A stretch of DNA of 64,000 bases, from the NCBI RefSeq assembly GCF_006345805.1, contig NC_042999.1, positions 43,834,001 to 43,898,000 on the forward strand, written 5' to 3'. Of the stretch, positions 1 through 13,306 are shown in pieces (position 1 is the first letter of the stretch; each line of letters begins with the position of its first letter). A program made the position numbers and the translations under genes. The notes beneath the pieces are model-generated. The model saw nothing but the letters and a program-made list of their open reading frames with translations. It searched no databases and was not told where the DNA came from. This DNA is from Octopus sinensis (Eukaryota).

Positions 1-520
1 GGTAAGAAGGTAAAAACAATTAAGTACACGAAAATATTTTCATTTTCATTTTATTTAGCACACAAAGAACAAAAAAAAACAGTTTGGATAATATTGCTCT
101 CTAACATAGCACACCTTAGTGAAAATATGTAGCACACGCAAGTGTAGGTCACCGAAATTCACAGGGGAAAAAAACTATATATATATATAATTGGTGGGTA
201 TATGTCAGTCTCCTTTTGTGCTGTCACTAGCTCAGTTATTTCGTTTTGTTGTGACACGCTAAAAATATGATATACTGTGAAAAAAAAATTTAAAAACCCT
301 GCTGCTTTATTGTCAAATGGAGCTATAAATAATGCAGTGACCCGTATTATTTCCTTGTCACTTATATGTGTATAAATACAGTAAGGGTGTTGGGTTGTCA
401 GAATAATAAAACGTAGGAAAACTTGCCTTACTGTATTTACTTATAGTCCTTGACGTTCTTAGTTCAAAACCGACAAGGTCAACATTGCTTTCATCATTTC
501 AGGGTGGATAAAATAAAAAC

Positions 521-835
521 GATAAACGTCGCCCTTTTCAAGCCTAGCCAGGCTCACGTGCCCGGTTTTCCGGTTTCTGTGGCGTATGTGTTCCTCCCAG
601 GTGGACGGGATGCCAGTCCATCGCAGCGTTACTCAAATAACAGGAAGAGAGAGTGAGAGAAAGTTGGGGCGAAAGAGTACAACAGGGGTCACCGTCACCC
701 CCTGCCGGAGCCTCGTGGAGCTTTTTTTATGTGTTTTCGCACAATAAACACACACAACGCCCAGTCTGGGAATCGAAACCGCGATCCTCCAACCGCGAGT
801 CCGCTGCCCTAACCACTGGGCCATTGCGCCTCCAC
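521..835 (-). mobile_element. tRNA-derived SINE, group C head, tail Z (GCGATGGACTGGCATCCCGTCC module)
   Basis: Minus strand starts GGAGGCGCAATGGCCCAGTGG (A box), then GGTTTCGATTCC (B box). Body shared with 37062, 44631 and 59867. Confidence 0.85.
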
Positions 836-945
836 GGATAAAATAACAGTACCAGTTAATTCCTGGAGGGGATTTTTTCTATTACGCATTCTATTAAAGG
901 TGTGGTCCTATGCCAGTCTTAGAAACCAATATGTGTGGGTTGGAA

Positions 946-1160
946 GGCGGTGAGCTGGCACAATCGTTAGCACGCCGGCAAAAATGCTTAGCGGCATTTC
1001 GTCCATCTTTACGTTCTGAGTTCAAATTCCGCCGAGGTCGACTTTGCCTTTTATGCTTTCGGAGTCGATAAAATAGGTACCAGATGAGTACGGGGGACGA
1101 TGTAATCGACTTATCCCCTCCCTCGAAATTGGTAGTCTTGTGCCAAAATTTGAAACCAAT
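946..1160 (+). mobile_element. tRNA-derived SINE group B (tail 1)
   Basis: GGCGGTGAGCTGGCACAATCG A box, GAGTTCAAATTCC B box, central GCCGAGGTCGACTTTGCCTTT...GTCGATAAAATAGGTACCAG domain repeated throughout the window. Confidence 0.85.
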
Positions 1161-1389
1161 ATATAGGTTCGAGGGTGAGGCTTATGACAGGATCGATAGG
1201 ACATTGAAATTCACGCCTTGTAGTATCTTAGTTATAATATGTTGCGTTCTGCGTTCAAATCTTGTCTAGAACAATTTCACATCTCTTTCAGAGATCGATA
1301 AAATAATGCACCAACTTGTTGCTGTTTTAACTCCAAGTCAACATTGATCGCAAAAACCTTCCAGTTTTGATGAGCCCGCCTTCTAATAT

Positions 1390-1555
1390 ACATGGCTGTG
1401 TGGCTAAGAGGCTCGCTTTGCAGCTACGTGATTCGCGTTCAGTTCCATTGCGCGGCACATTTTTTTTCTGGAAAGTTTTTTCTGGTATAGCCCCGGACTG
1501 ACTAATGAGTGAAGTTGGTTGACGGAAACGGTGTAGAAGCCAGTCGTATACATAC
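1390..1555 (+). mobile_element. Degenerate SINE group A 5' part
   Basis: GGCTGTGTGGCTAAG...TTCAGTTCCATTGCGCGGCAC...GACGGAAACGG aligns by eye to the group A head. Confidence 0.6.
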
Positions 1556-1557
1556 AA

Positions 1558-1602
<45 letters not shown>

Positions 1603-1624
1603 GTGAACAAGGGAGACGGTGACG

Positions 1625-2224
1625 CTCTTGTAATCCCAAGGTGTAACCGCATCTGTAAGCTTATGTCATGTTTCTGTGGAAGACATCACGCATGTGATTA
1701 GCAGCTGTCCTAAAATGTCATCACAGGTACTACCTCCCTATGCGGCACGATGTTGTCGCTAAAACAATTTACAATGTCATCTGCAAAAAAGACTGTTCTT
1801 AAATAAACTTAGAAAAAAATCCCTCTGTTATGGAATACATTCATTAACACCAACTCAAGGAATATTAGTGGAATATTCCCATCAAAACTTCTGTCAAATG
1901 TAAACATAACAAGCCGGATATTGTTGTTTGGGATAGAGGTTAACTGCCTTGCAAATATAAATATCTCTTTGAAAATCAAAGAAAAAGAGGATATCTATAG
2001 ACAACTGCTTCGAAACCTCCAGCTTCTATATCCAGACTATGAATTCTTATTCATATCAATGGTAATTGGAGCACTAGGTTCTGTTAGTAAATGATTAAAA
2101 GAAAAATCTGGTTAAACTGGGACTTTCAGAAAGGGAAATTGACCGGCTAATTTGTACATTACAAGTGCAATCAGTGAATGGAACAGTAAGAATATGCAAG
2201 ACTTTTCTCAAGTTCCAAATGTGA
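1625..2224 (+). pseudogene. Non-LTR retrotransposon C-terminus with restriction-like endonuclease (R4/Dong-like RLE clade), frameshifted
   Basis: Manual translation: EDITHVISSCPKM (zinc knuckle), RYYLPMRHDVVAK (RHD 1743-1751), KHNKPDIVVWD (KPD at 1911), MVIGALG (2068-2079), stop at 2222-2224. This is the motif order of RLE non-LTR elements. Confidence 0.85.
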
Positions 2225-2505
2225 ATTTGTCTGTGTAAACTACTTCCCAAAAATGGAGCCTTGCATCTTTGTTGGAAACTGGCTCCCTCCTCAGTGGAAG
2301 ATTTATAATAATTAAAAAATAGAAGGCATACGTGCGTACATATATACATAAATTTTGAAATTAAATTGAAAAATGACATACATATATACATACAAACAAA
2401 AATACCCTGTTGTTGATGTTGAAATTCCAATGAAGGAGCCTTGGATCTAGGTTCGAAACCGGCTCTCTCTATTGGCAAGGAATCTTGAAATAAAACTGAA
2501 CAATG
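2225..2505 (+). repeat. Probable 3' UTR of the RLE element with an internal imperfect duplication
   Basis: AATGGAGCCTTGCATCTTTGTTGGAAACTGGCTC (~2252) resembles AATGAAGGAGCCTTGGATCTAGGTTCGAAACCGGCTC (~2429). Confidence 0.5.
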
Positions 2506-3189
2506 ACATACATACGTACATACACACACATACATATATGTATGTCTATGTGTGTGTGTGTGTATATATATGTGTGTGTGTGTGTGTGTGTGAAAGTAAG
2601 TAGAAAGGCACTCGATCAGTTCAGATAGTAATGATAATCTTAAGTTAAAAACCACTAATCTTGCAAATAGCTACCCAGGATTTCCTGGTCGAAATGATAA
2701 TTTATTCAAACTGAAAGCAAGACCGTTTGTCAGTTGATTTATTGAATAGTTAACGTTTAAACAAAAGGCGCTTGTAAAGAAGTCAATAAGTAAAAAGGTA
2801 AGGGAGATCACCCATCTTACAGTAATTCGATGTCAAGCAGACGTAAAACCAGGTGTTAATAGTTTATTAAGCATCCGGTGGTCTACTTTTAAATTCGGAC
2901 AAGATGTATTCTTTGAAATGTGGGCATATGGGGCACTCGAGTAGAGATAATACCTTAATTTCCGGTGGCAGTAGCATAGTTAAGGATGGACGGGTATATC
3001 CCGACTGAAGATTAGAGGCTTCGAGTGACCTGTCGGTTTTTTGTGTCGTCTCCTTGTGTGTTTTTGCGTTCTTGTCCCACTTTGTAATTTATATTTTATA
3101 TTAAATTCTATACATATACTGACTTACACCTGACTCACACTTTTGAATCCAAGACTATTTTCAGCCACACCCTCTTACAATTGACATGG

Positions 3190-3603
3190 TGTGAAGAATC
3201 CTGGCATTTGAACACAAGTGCTTTAGTAGTCTGTTACACATTCCGTACTCAGAGCACAAAAGGAACAACTTTGTCAGGCAGCAAGTCCAACGAATACGCT
3301 GGCAGACAAGAACCGCTCAAGGTAAAAAAGACGAAATCTTGCCTGGTGCAGTCATGTATCTCATCACAACTTCCTGTCCAAAACCATTCTTCGGGGCACG
3401 GTAGAGAAAGGGCGAAAGAGAGGCAGACGGAGAAAATCCTGATTGACAACATCAAGGACTGGACAAGCAACAGCACAGCGAACTTGTTATGCATGACAGT
3501 GAACTGAGACCATTGGCGACAGATGATGACAATGAAAGCGTCTAGGGTGGTATCCCAACGCCTCGCTGCATCAGTTAAAGGATCTTGATGATGATGATGA
3601 TGA
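3190..3603 (+). mobile_element. RTE-clade LINE 3' fragment with (GAT)n tail
   Basis: Mixed-frame translation gives RILAFEHKC...HNFLSKTILRGTVEKGRKRGRRRK..IDNIKDWT, typical of the RTE C-terminus. Ends in GATGATGAT. Confidence 0.8.
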
Positions 3604-3669
3604 TATGTGTGTGCCCGCGCGTGTGTGTGTGTATGTATGTATGTATGTATGTATGTATGTATGTATGTA

Positions 3670-3795
3670 TGGTGTGGCTGTGTGGTAAGTAGCTTGCTTA
3701 CTAACCACATGGCTCCGGGTTCATTCCCACTGCGTGACACCTTGGGCAAGTGTCTTCTAATATTGCCTCGGGCCGACCAAAGCCCTTTGAGTGGA
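3670..3795 (+). mobile_element. SINE group A 5' part, cut by assembly gap
   Basis: TGGCTGTGTGGTAAG A box, GGTTCATTCCC B box, CACCTTGGGCAAGTGTCTT CORE-like segment. Confidence 0.85.
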
Positions 3796-3895
3796 NNNNN
3801 NNNNNNNNNNNNNNNNNNNNNNNNNNNNNNNNNNNNNNNNNNNNNNNNNNNNNNNNNNNNNNNNNNNNNNNNNNNNNNNNNNNNNNNNNNNNNNN
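3796..3895. other. Assembly gap (100 N)
   Basis: Run of N. Confidence 1.
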
Positions 3896-3961
3896 GACCA
3901 TCTCCAAGTATAACAATAACTAGGACTCACTTTCTATTTCTTCATATTCATACACAGGCGA

Positions 3962-4052
3962 AGGCAGCGAGCTGGCTGAATCGCTAACATTCCGGACGTA
4001 ATGCTTAGCTGCATTTCGTCCGTCTTTATGTTCTGAGTTCAAATGTCACCTA
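3962..4052 (+). mobile_element. SINE group B 5' fragment
   Basis: GGCAGCGAGCTGGCTGAATCG...GAGTTCAAAT. Confidence 0.7.
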
Positions 4053-4065
4053 GTTTGACTTTTTC

Positions 4066-4452
4066 TCTTTTTACTTGTTTCAGTCATTTTGACTGCGGCC
4101 ATGCTGGAGCACCGCCTTTAATCGAGCAACTCGACCCCGGGACTTATTCTTTGTAAGCCCAGTACTTATTCTATCGGTCTCCTTTGCCGAACCGCTAAGT
4201 GAGGGGAATAAACACACCAGCATCGGTTGTCAAGCAATGCTAGGGGGACAAACACAGGACACACAAACATACACGCACATACATATATATACATATATAC
4301 GACGGGCTTCTTTCAGTTTCCGTCTACCAAATCCACTCACAAGGCTTTGGTGGGCCCGAGGCTATAGTAGAAGACACTTGCCCAAGGTGCCACGCAGTGG
4401 GACTGAACCCGGAACCATGTGGTTGGTAAACAAGCTACTTACCACACAGCCC
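4066..4452 (-). mobile_element. SINE group A, near full length
   Basis: Reverse complement of the group A consensus (head, CORE-like segment, internal TA/TG tract, GAAACAAGTAAAAGAG tail). Confidence 0.9.
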
Positions 4453-5830
4453 CTCCGATTAAATAAGTAGCCGTGGGGCACTGGGGACGATGTAATCGAC
4501 TCACCCCACCTCACCTAAATCACTGTCCTTGTGACAAAGTTTAAAAGCAACGTTAGCGTCCTGTCAATGGAGATCTCAGCCCACACAGTATCAAGATATG
4601 GTATAATATATGTAACCTGCGTAACAGATACAAACTGAACAACCAAAGTATCTTATGGAAAGTGTCCCTCTGGTGTTTTGAGATGAATCTGAGAAGATTT
4701 AAGCCGGGATTTGGTTGCTATTTCTAGCTGGTTGAGTGATCTCCAATATCAATTCGCCACCACCACTTTCTCATAAATAGTTACCTGGCTATGAACTTAT
4801 CTTCGCTACTTGCTGACTCTGAATTTTTTCCCCTCAAGCTTTTGTTTACGATTTCCGATAACTGGTCAATAGTTGACATTGATCTCTTGGAATACAATAT
4901 TACAAAAAAAGAAAAAAACTAAAACAAAAAGTGTTATAAAAGAAACAAACAACATTTATAATAAAGATTTTGATTGTCTCGATCAAAGTACTTGATGGGT
5001 ATTTTATTTTATTTTATTTTATTTTATTCTATCGAACTCCGATGGATGAAAGGCAAAGTTGATCCCAGTAGGAAGTAAAGAAGCGTAACAAATAGCGTGA
5101 GGAACAATAATAATAACAAATTAACTCACGTGAAGAATAAAATAAATCAAAAGTAAGAACAACAACAATGATTTGAAATGTGTATGAATGTATGTATGTG
5201 TGTGTGTACTGAGTATGTATATGTGTATATATGTGTGTGTATTGTGTATGTAAAAAGAAACAAAAATATAGAATGAAAAAACAAAAACAAAAACAAGAGT
5301 AAGAGAGGAATAAAGGAAGTGCGGGAGGAAGAGGTGGAAGAGAGAGAAATAGAGAAAGAAAGATCAGAGATAAAGGGGTGGGAGGAGGAGAGGGAAGGCT
5401 AAATGTCTTTGTAAGTATTTATTTAGTAAGCACGGCGCAAGTATGAATAGTGATGAATTTAGATGAACGGACAATTGCATAGCGTATATGTTACCTTTCC
5501 TAGTGCAAATATCCTTCAGGTGTTTCATTCACATGTTGGTATCATACACAGCCTGATCATTTTATTCTAAGTACTTCGTTCGAACTGCTGTCCGTGTCTG
5601 TGTTTGTATTTGATAGTAAACAAACACGGACAAAGTATGAACTGTTACCGTCTGTAGTGATTTTTAGATGAGAGCAGACGGTAGGGTTTAACTTACAGTT
5701 TATTGCCGATTATGTTACAGGTCATTCATACAATAAAGGATTCTAGTCTCTCTACTTGCTTGTGCGTGCGTATGTATGTATGTATGTATGTATGTATGTA
5801 TGTATATATGTATGTATGTATGTATGTATG

Positions 5831-6221
5831 TTACTTGTTTCAGTCATTTGACTGTGGCCATGCTGGAGCACCGCCTTTAGTCGAGCAAATCGACCCCGGG
5901 ACTTATTCTTTGTAAGCCCAGTACTTATTCTATCGGTCTCTTTTGCCAAACCGCTAAGTGACGGGGACGTAAACACACCAGCATCGGTTGTCAAGCAATG
6001 CTAGGGGGACAAACACAGACACACAAACACACACACACACATACATACATATATACGACAGGCTTCTTTCAGTTTCCGTCTACCAAATCCACTCACAAGG
6101 CATTGGTCGGCCCGGGGCTATAGCAGAAGACACTTGCCCAAGATGCCACGCAGTGGGACTGAACCCCGTGGACCATGTGGTTGGTTAGCAAGCTACTTAC
6201 CACACAGCCACTCCTGCGCCT
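5831..6221 (-). mobile_element. SINE group A, full length
   Basis: Ends CACACAGCCACTCCTGCGCC, the reverse complement of head GGCGCAGGAGTGGCTGTGTG. Confidence 0.9.
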
Positions 6222-6228
6222 ATATGTT

Positions 6229-6778
6229 ACTCTTTTACTTGTTTCAGTCATTTGACTGTGGCCATGCTGGAGCACAGCCTTTAGTCGAGCAAATCGACCC
6301 CAGGACTTATTCCTTGTAAGCCTAGTACTTATTCTATCGGTCTCTTTTGCCGAACCGCTAGTTTACGGAGACGTAAACACGCCAGCATCGGTTGTCAAGT
6401 GATGTTGGGGGCCAAACACTGACACACAAACATATATACACACACATACATATATGTATATATATTCATATATACGACGGGCTTCTTTCAGTTTCCTATT
6501 TCTTTACTACCCACAAGGGGCGAAACAGAGGACAAACAAGGACAGACAAACGGATTGAGTCGATTATATCGATCCCAGTGCGTAACTGGTACTTATTTAA
6601 TCGACCCCGAAAGGATGAAAGGCAAAGTCGAGTTTCCGTCTACCAAATCCACTCACAAGGGTTTGGTCGGCCCGAGGCTATAGTAGAAGACACTTGCCCA
6701 AGGTGCTACGCAGTGGGACTGAACCCGGAACCATGTGGTTGGTAAGCAAGCTACTTACCACACAGCCACTCCTGCGCC
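6229..6778 (-). mobile_element. SINE group A with nested SINE B 3' fragment
   Basis: Group A copy interrupted at ~6497-6630 by a B tail-2 fragment. AGTTTCC is duplicated on both sides of the insert. Confidence 0.85.
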
Positions 6779-7332
6779 TATGTTATGTATGTATGTATGT
6801 ACGCATGTGTGTGTGTGTGGATGTATTTTTTTGTGTACATGTGTGCTTACTATTTGTACGTATATGAAATAGCCGGCCTTTCATTATTATTTCTCTTCAC
6901 ATCACCGCCCTTACCACCATCACCACCACTATACACTTCCTGTCTTTCTAGCCAACGGGAGAACTCCTACAAGGTTCACTTAGCGGCAAGGAACGGCAAC
7001 TCATTCAGTACGAAAAAAAAACAAAAAACAATTGACGGGGTGGGGAGATGGTGATGGTGGTGGTGGTGGGGATTGTTAGCGCTTGAACGCCTTCTAGTGT
7101 GCTTTTTCATGGCTGCTGTAAGACTAAACAACAACAACAACATCGAAAACAAAAGCAACAACACTGACAATAGCAACAAAAACGAGTACATCAACAGCAA
7201 CGCAACAACAACAATGGCAACAGAAACGACAACAACAGCAACAAAAACAACGTTAGTGACAACAAGACAGTCAAAATAACAACAACGACCATCACTTTTT
7301 CTAACTACATCAGGAAGTTACGCTTTTGCTCA

Positions 7333-7897
7333 TTTACTTGTTTCAGTCATTTGACTGTGGCCATGCTGGAGCACCGCCTTTAGTCGAGCAAATCGACCCC
7401 AGGACTTATTCTTTGTAAGCCTACTGCTTATTCTGTCGGTCTCTTTTGTCGAACCACTAAGTTACGGAGACGTAAACACATCAGCATCGGTTGTCAAGCG
7501 ATGTTGGGAGGGGGATGACAAACACAGGCACACAAAGATATACACACACATACATACATACACATATATATATATATATAACGGGAAGCTTTATGAAAAA
7601 ACAAAAGACGAAGGCAGTGGAACAACAACGAACAATTGTATTAGTATGGCGCTCAGGAAATATAAATAAACAGTCTTTATTTCGTTTCGAGCTACGCTAT
7701 ATATATATATATATATAATATTATATATATACTATATACGACGGGCTTCTTTCAGTTTCCGTCTACCAATCCACTCACAAGGCTTTGGTGGGCCCGAGGC
7801 TATAGTAGAAGACACTTGTCCAAGGTGCCACACAGTGGGACTAATCCCGGAACCATGTGGTTGGTAAGCAAGATACTTACCACACAGCCACTCCTGC
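7333..7897 (-). mobile_element. SINE group A interrupted by a PLE-tail-like fragment (~7583-7700)
   Basis: A tail 7333-7560 and A head 7736-7897. The insert on the minus strand reads AGCGTAGCTCGAAACG...CTGAGCGCCATACTAATACA, homologous to 24921-24985. Confidence 0.75.
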
Positions 7898-8234
7898 CCC
7901 CCCACCCCCATGGACTGCTTTGATAGCCGTTTTACTCTGTTGGATTCCCCATAACCATTCGGTGTATAAAAACTATATACTTCTTTCAAAATTCCTATTT
8001 TGCTTTCACCCATCCACTTGTGTAGGTTTGCTATAGAACTCTTTGAGAGAACATGATTCAGTGGTCGGAAACATATTGGACTGTGTAAAACGTGCTGACA
8101 ATAAATACATCTAAAGCAAAAGTTGTTCATGGACCCCTAAAATACTACTGTAAATCCTCAATTTGCTATTTTGCTTGCTTGGACCCCCATGTTAGAAATT
8201 GTTTGTTCCTTCTTGAGCCACGCCTTGCTCATAA

Positions 8235-8503
8235 GGGCCGGTTTCCCGGTTTCCTTGGCGTATAGGTTCCCCACCTGGACGGGAATCCGGTCCGTCGTAG
8301 GTGATCTGCAAGATTCAGGAGGAAAGAGTGAGAGAAAGTTGTGGCGAAAGAGTCAGCAAAGGTTAGCCATTAACTTTTGCCGGAGCCGCGGTGGAGCTTA
8401 GCTGTCTCGCTCATAAACACACACATCGCCCGGTCTGAGATTCGAACCCACGATCCCTCGACCGCTGGCCTGCTGCTCTAACCACTAGGCCATGTGCCTC
8501 CAC
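8235..8503 (-). mobile_element. SINE group C-related variant (tail Z)
   Basis: Near-identical organisation to 35455-35747. Head GGAGGCACATGGCCTAGTGGTTAG on the minus strand. Confidence 0.8.
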
Positions 8504-8574
8504 GTGTTAGAAATGGTCTTCGCATATTTGAGCACAATGACTCATTAAAAAAAAACTAGAGAAATAGATAATCT

Positions 8575-8978
8575 AAAATATTCTATTCTACTCTAGGCAC
8601 AAGGCCCGAAATTTTTGGGAAGAGGTCCAGTCGATTAGATCGAACCTACTACGCAATTGGTACTTAATTTATCGACCCCGAAAGGATGAAAGGCTAAGTC
8701 GACCTCGGCAGAATTTGAACTCAGAGCATAAAGACAGACGAAATACCAATCTCTTTACTGCCCACAAGGAGCTACACACAGAGGGGACAAACAAGGACAG
8801 ACAAACGGATTAAGTCGATTATATCGACCCCAGTGCGTAACTGGTACTTATTTAATCGACCCCGAAAGGATGAAAGGCAAAGTCGACCTCGGCGGAATTT
8901 GAACTCAGAACGTAACGGCAGACGAAATACAGCTACTCATTTCGCCCGGCGTGCTAACGTTTCTGCCAGCTCGCCGCC
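8575..8978 (-). mobile_element. SINE group B dimer: head-[body+tail2]-[body+tail1]
   Basis: Two B bodies joined at GAAATACC|AATCTCTTTACTGCCCAC (8747/8748). Confidence 0.85.
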
Positions 8979-10372
8979 TAATTGCTTTCGTCTCCATTCA
9001 ACTCGCACACCTGATTTCTGACCAACTTCCACAACTCTCTCTTGTTCATCTATCTCCCCCATCATTCCTTTAAATCCAGTTTCTTTTTCATTTACCTACC
9101 TCCTGTTCAACCAACTCTCAACTTTTATTTATCTTCTTTTCCTGGCTCTGTTACTTAGATCTAGGTGGACGTGGACGTTGAACGTTAATTGTCTTGCTAA
9201 CAAACACACATATGAGCTTTAGTGGTGGTAGGATATAGATTACCACCCCTTTCGGCTGGTTGTCTCATCATCACATCCGACAGACAGAGCAACTGCGTTC
9301 TCATACAGTATAGTTTCATGATAAATATCTACTTTATATAGTTACAGGCAACAGATTAAACTCAAATCTCCACAAGCTCTAATATGGTTTGCTGTTTTCT
9401 TATCTCTCCTTTTATAGAACGCATGCATGTTTTAGTCGAACAGCTGAATAATGTCTGTAAAGCGTGACTATCTCATAAAATAAATTCTCTATATGTCTTG
9501 TATGCTAATATATATTTGCATTGAATCAACAAATATATAAGTTTAACCTATTTTCTTTATCCGCTTGGTTTCCAGTCAGATTGTGTCAGCTTCACCATAT
9601 GCTTAATGCACTCAGCCCATATATGTATATAAACGAAAGATCAGCCAAAATACTATCTTTAGTATATAAACTAAAGATAATATATACCTATATATATCTA
9701 TTATCTACGAATAAATGTTTGTGTCAAATCGACGTCAAAGGGGTGGGCAATCACCAGCAGCGTCGCAAGGGTTCCCAGCACCCGGGAGCAAAGACAATTT
9801 TAGGCACCCGGTTAACGCATGATAAGCAAGAGGAAATTTTGCACCCCTTCACATGTGCACCCGGGGGTGACTGCCCTACTACATATTCTTCTTGCTATAC
9901 CTCAAGCAACTGATCGCCACACACGCAGGTAAAATTTTGCCTGCATGATGATTTGTAACCGCACTTTCATAATGTCTAGGAAAAAGATGGTTTAATCTTT
10001 CAGATCAAAATGGCAATCAAATAAAAGCTGAATATCTTGGAATTAAATTACTTGTAAAGATTCGTTATTTTCTCTGCATAGATGTGCCCCCAAAAATCTT
10101 TATATACTTGCGCCTTGCCCTTGATTCTAAAACAGTTCCTCAACCCTACAAGTCATTATATAAAGAATTTTTTAACTGCTAAATTAATTCTTTTTATGAT
10201 TTAAACATGTTAGGGAATACTAAGATTTCTGGAACCAACATAAATGATATTGATTGTAAATGTTTGGTGATGCTAAAAAAATGTCACGCTGACTTATGTG
10301 GAATTGATCCGTATGTTACATCAGTAATTAATTGGTAGTTATACTCTGATTGTTTTTGGTAACATATTTATT

Positions 10373-10376
<4 letters not shown>

Positions 10377-10437
<61 letters not shown>

Positions 10438-10460
10438 CACACACACACATACACACACAC
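10377..10460. repeat. (CA)n microsatellite
   Basis: Direct reading. Confidence 0.95.
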
Positions 10461-10766
10461 TCACAGATCATTGTCATCATCATTATTTTTACGTCCGCTT
10501 TCTCGTGACGACACGGACGGAATGGGATTATATGTGTGAGGGCATTTGTGTGATCTTTTATCTTTTACTTGTTTCAATCATTGAACTGCAGCCATGCTGG
10601 GGGATTTTAGTTGAAAAAAATGGACGACAGTACTTGTACTTTTAAATCTGGTACGAACCGTTAAATTGCGGGGCATAAACAATATATATATATATATGCG
10701 TTTATATCAGTGTTTGTATCTGTCATCGCCATTGCTTGGCAACCGGTGTTAGTTTATATATATATA

Positions 10767-10945
10767 GGCGCAGGAGTGGTTGTGTGGTAAGTAGCTTGCT
10801 TACCAACCATATGGTTCCGGGTTCAGTCCCACTGTGTGTCACCTCGGGCAAGTGACTTCTACTATAGCCTCGGGCCGACCAAAGCATTGTGAGTGGATTT
10901 GGTAGACGGAAAATTGAAAGAAGCCCGTCGTATATATGTATATAT

Positions 10946-11016
<71 letters not shown>

Positions 11017-11215
11017 TTGTGTGTCTGTGTTTCTCCCCCCCCCAACCTCGCTTGATAACCGATGCTGGTGTGTTTACTTAGCGGTTCGGCAAAGAGACCG
11101 ATAGAATAAGTACTAGGCTTACAAAAGAATAAGTCCTGGGGTCGATTTGCTCGACTGAAGGCGGTGCTCCAGCATGGCCGCAGTCAAATGACTGAGACAA
11201 GTAAAAGAGTAAAGA
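10767..11215 (+). mobile_element. SINE group A, full length, expanded internal (TA)n
   Basis: GGCGCAGGAGTGG...GTAAAAGAGTAAAG. Confidence 0.9.
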
Positions 11216-12460
11216 TAGGAGCGTGGCTGTGTGGTAAGAAATTTGCTTCCCAACCATATGCTTCCGGCTTATACATATATCACTAATCTCTGATATCAGT
11301 TAATGCGTCAATCGGTTTTTCTTAGAATTCATTTCAATGAAAAATATATTCATTGTTTAGAATACCAATACAGAGTTTCAGTCACTAAATTTCGTGTGAC
11401 CTCCTTGATTATAGCGCATATCCACGGGGCATCTATCGTGCTAAGCAACATAAGTGTTTGTTAATAACTCAGTGTCTTGTCTACTGTCTACAGTGCAACA
11501 GTATACTTAACTGTTGTATTCATATTCATCGTAAGTTGCATCAATCGATTAAATAACTTGTCTTTAATCATTGACAATGTAAAGCGCCATTGATGAGAAA
11601 TAACGCATCCGCTCAGACAGCTGCAACTCTGCGCATGATCACACTTGCGTGTCGTGCACACTCATATCACATGTGTGTGCGTGCGTGTGTGTGTGTGTGT
11701 GTGGTGTGCTAATTAAAATTATCCTAAGGAGCCAATAATCTGAATTTGGATAATTAAGTTAAGAATATATTTGCTTAATGCTATACACGATGATTTTTTT
11801 TTAGTTTAGTAAAATTTCCTTGTATCAGAGACAGAAATCAAAATTCTAACAGTAATTCTTAACGATTCTAAAAAAAGAGGAGATAGCTTCAGAAAATTTT
11901 AAAATAAATACGAATATAGTCTCGAATTGATTTACACGGTGAGTAAAAGAAAAGAGTATTCTGGCCTTTGTTTCGAAGTAGGGAACAAATATGGACACGT
12001 TTTTCAGTCTAATTTATAATCTCATCTGATTAGTACAATCCTATCAAATTCGGAGAGAAATTTCAATGAATTGAAATTTATTGTGTACTTCATTCAACAC
12101 ACCCCACTTATAAGTTTCTTTATTGGCCACACAGGGCTGCACACAGATGGGACAAGTTACAAGGTAGAGCTTTTCTTTTGGGGGATGAAAAAAACAAAAA
12201 ACAAAAGAAAAATAATAATAATAATAAATAAATAAAAAAAAAGAAAAGGAAAAGGAACAAAAGAAAAGAGAAATGAAAAATGAAGAAAAAAGGTGAAAAA
12301 AAGGGGAAGAGGAAAAAAAAGAACGATCAATAGGGATCGTGTATCACAGTGTTATGATATATGGTGTAAAGGGGAAAGCAAGTAAGGTTTATCCGTGGGA
12401 AGAAAAGCCTACGAAAAAACCCCACTTATAAATGCGCGCATGGACACGCACACGCACACG

Positions 12461-12497
<37 letters not shown>

Positions 12498-13254
12498 CAC
12501 CACACCGCACACCCACACACACACACACACAGAGGCCAGTGATAATATTAATTTTTGCATGTAATACGTGGGCGTAAGCAGGATTTCGACCAAGGGCTCT
12601 CGATTATGAAAATTGATCCATATAATTGAGCCACGTAATCTGCGAAAAATGTAAAATTAAAAGAAATGGTAAATGATAATTATATTTGATTAGAACTGCG
12701 AGAGGAGAAGCTTCGTCCGAACTTGTCGACTCACCATTCTGACTGCGTATTGTATAATTGTACTCTGAGAAGCCTCAATTTTCAAAATATTTTAACTGGT
12801 ATGGCTATGAGTGAATACCATTAATTACATGTTGGGTTCTGCTAACCAGGAAACACCTAATCCAGTTTAGGAATACCACAGTCAATACTGTCGAAGGCCT
12901 TGTTGAAATTATTGGATAATCTGCGTCGAAACGCTTAGATTAATCTGTGTGAACGCTTTCACAAAATACAGATCACGTTGTCTAAGAAATGATGAAGTTT
13001 ACACAACTTCATCATGCTAGAATGACATACTAGTTCGGACTTTAAAGATGCAGTTGTTTTTTAAGAATTAGGATCTCGCGGAGAGAATACAAATCCTTAA
13101 TTCATACTCTATACAGTATCAGGGAGTATAAAAATCTGATACTTTCCTTCACAACGTTGCTACAAAGTAGGTGGCCGGTCAAAATTTGCTGTATATATAT
13201 GCATATATATATTCTTTTATACGTTTATATGTTTCAGCCTTGAGGCTGCGGCCA

Positions 13255-13306
<52 letters not shown>

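Noticed and set aside
373-439. 14-bp perfect inverted repeat TAAATACAGTAAGG/CCTTACTGTATTTA
   Set aside because: Short AT-rich stem with a 39-nt loop; insufficient for a miRNA or MITE call.
2996-3040. CCGA-CTGAAGA...GTCGG (and CTGACGA at ~28123)
   Set aside because: No GAAA box downstream.
3607-3987. ORFs spanning the N run
   Set aside because: Artefact of the assembly gap.
6951-7012. ENSYKVHLAARNGNSFST, vaguely FN3-like, after a TTTCTAG acceptor
   Set aside because: Too short, weak donor, no neighbouring exons.
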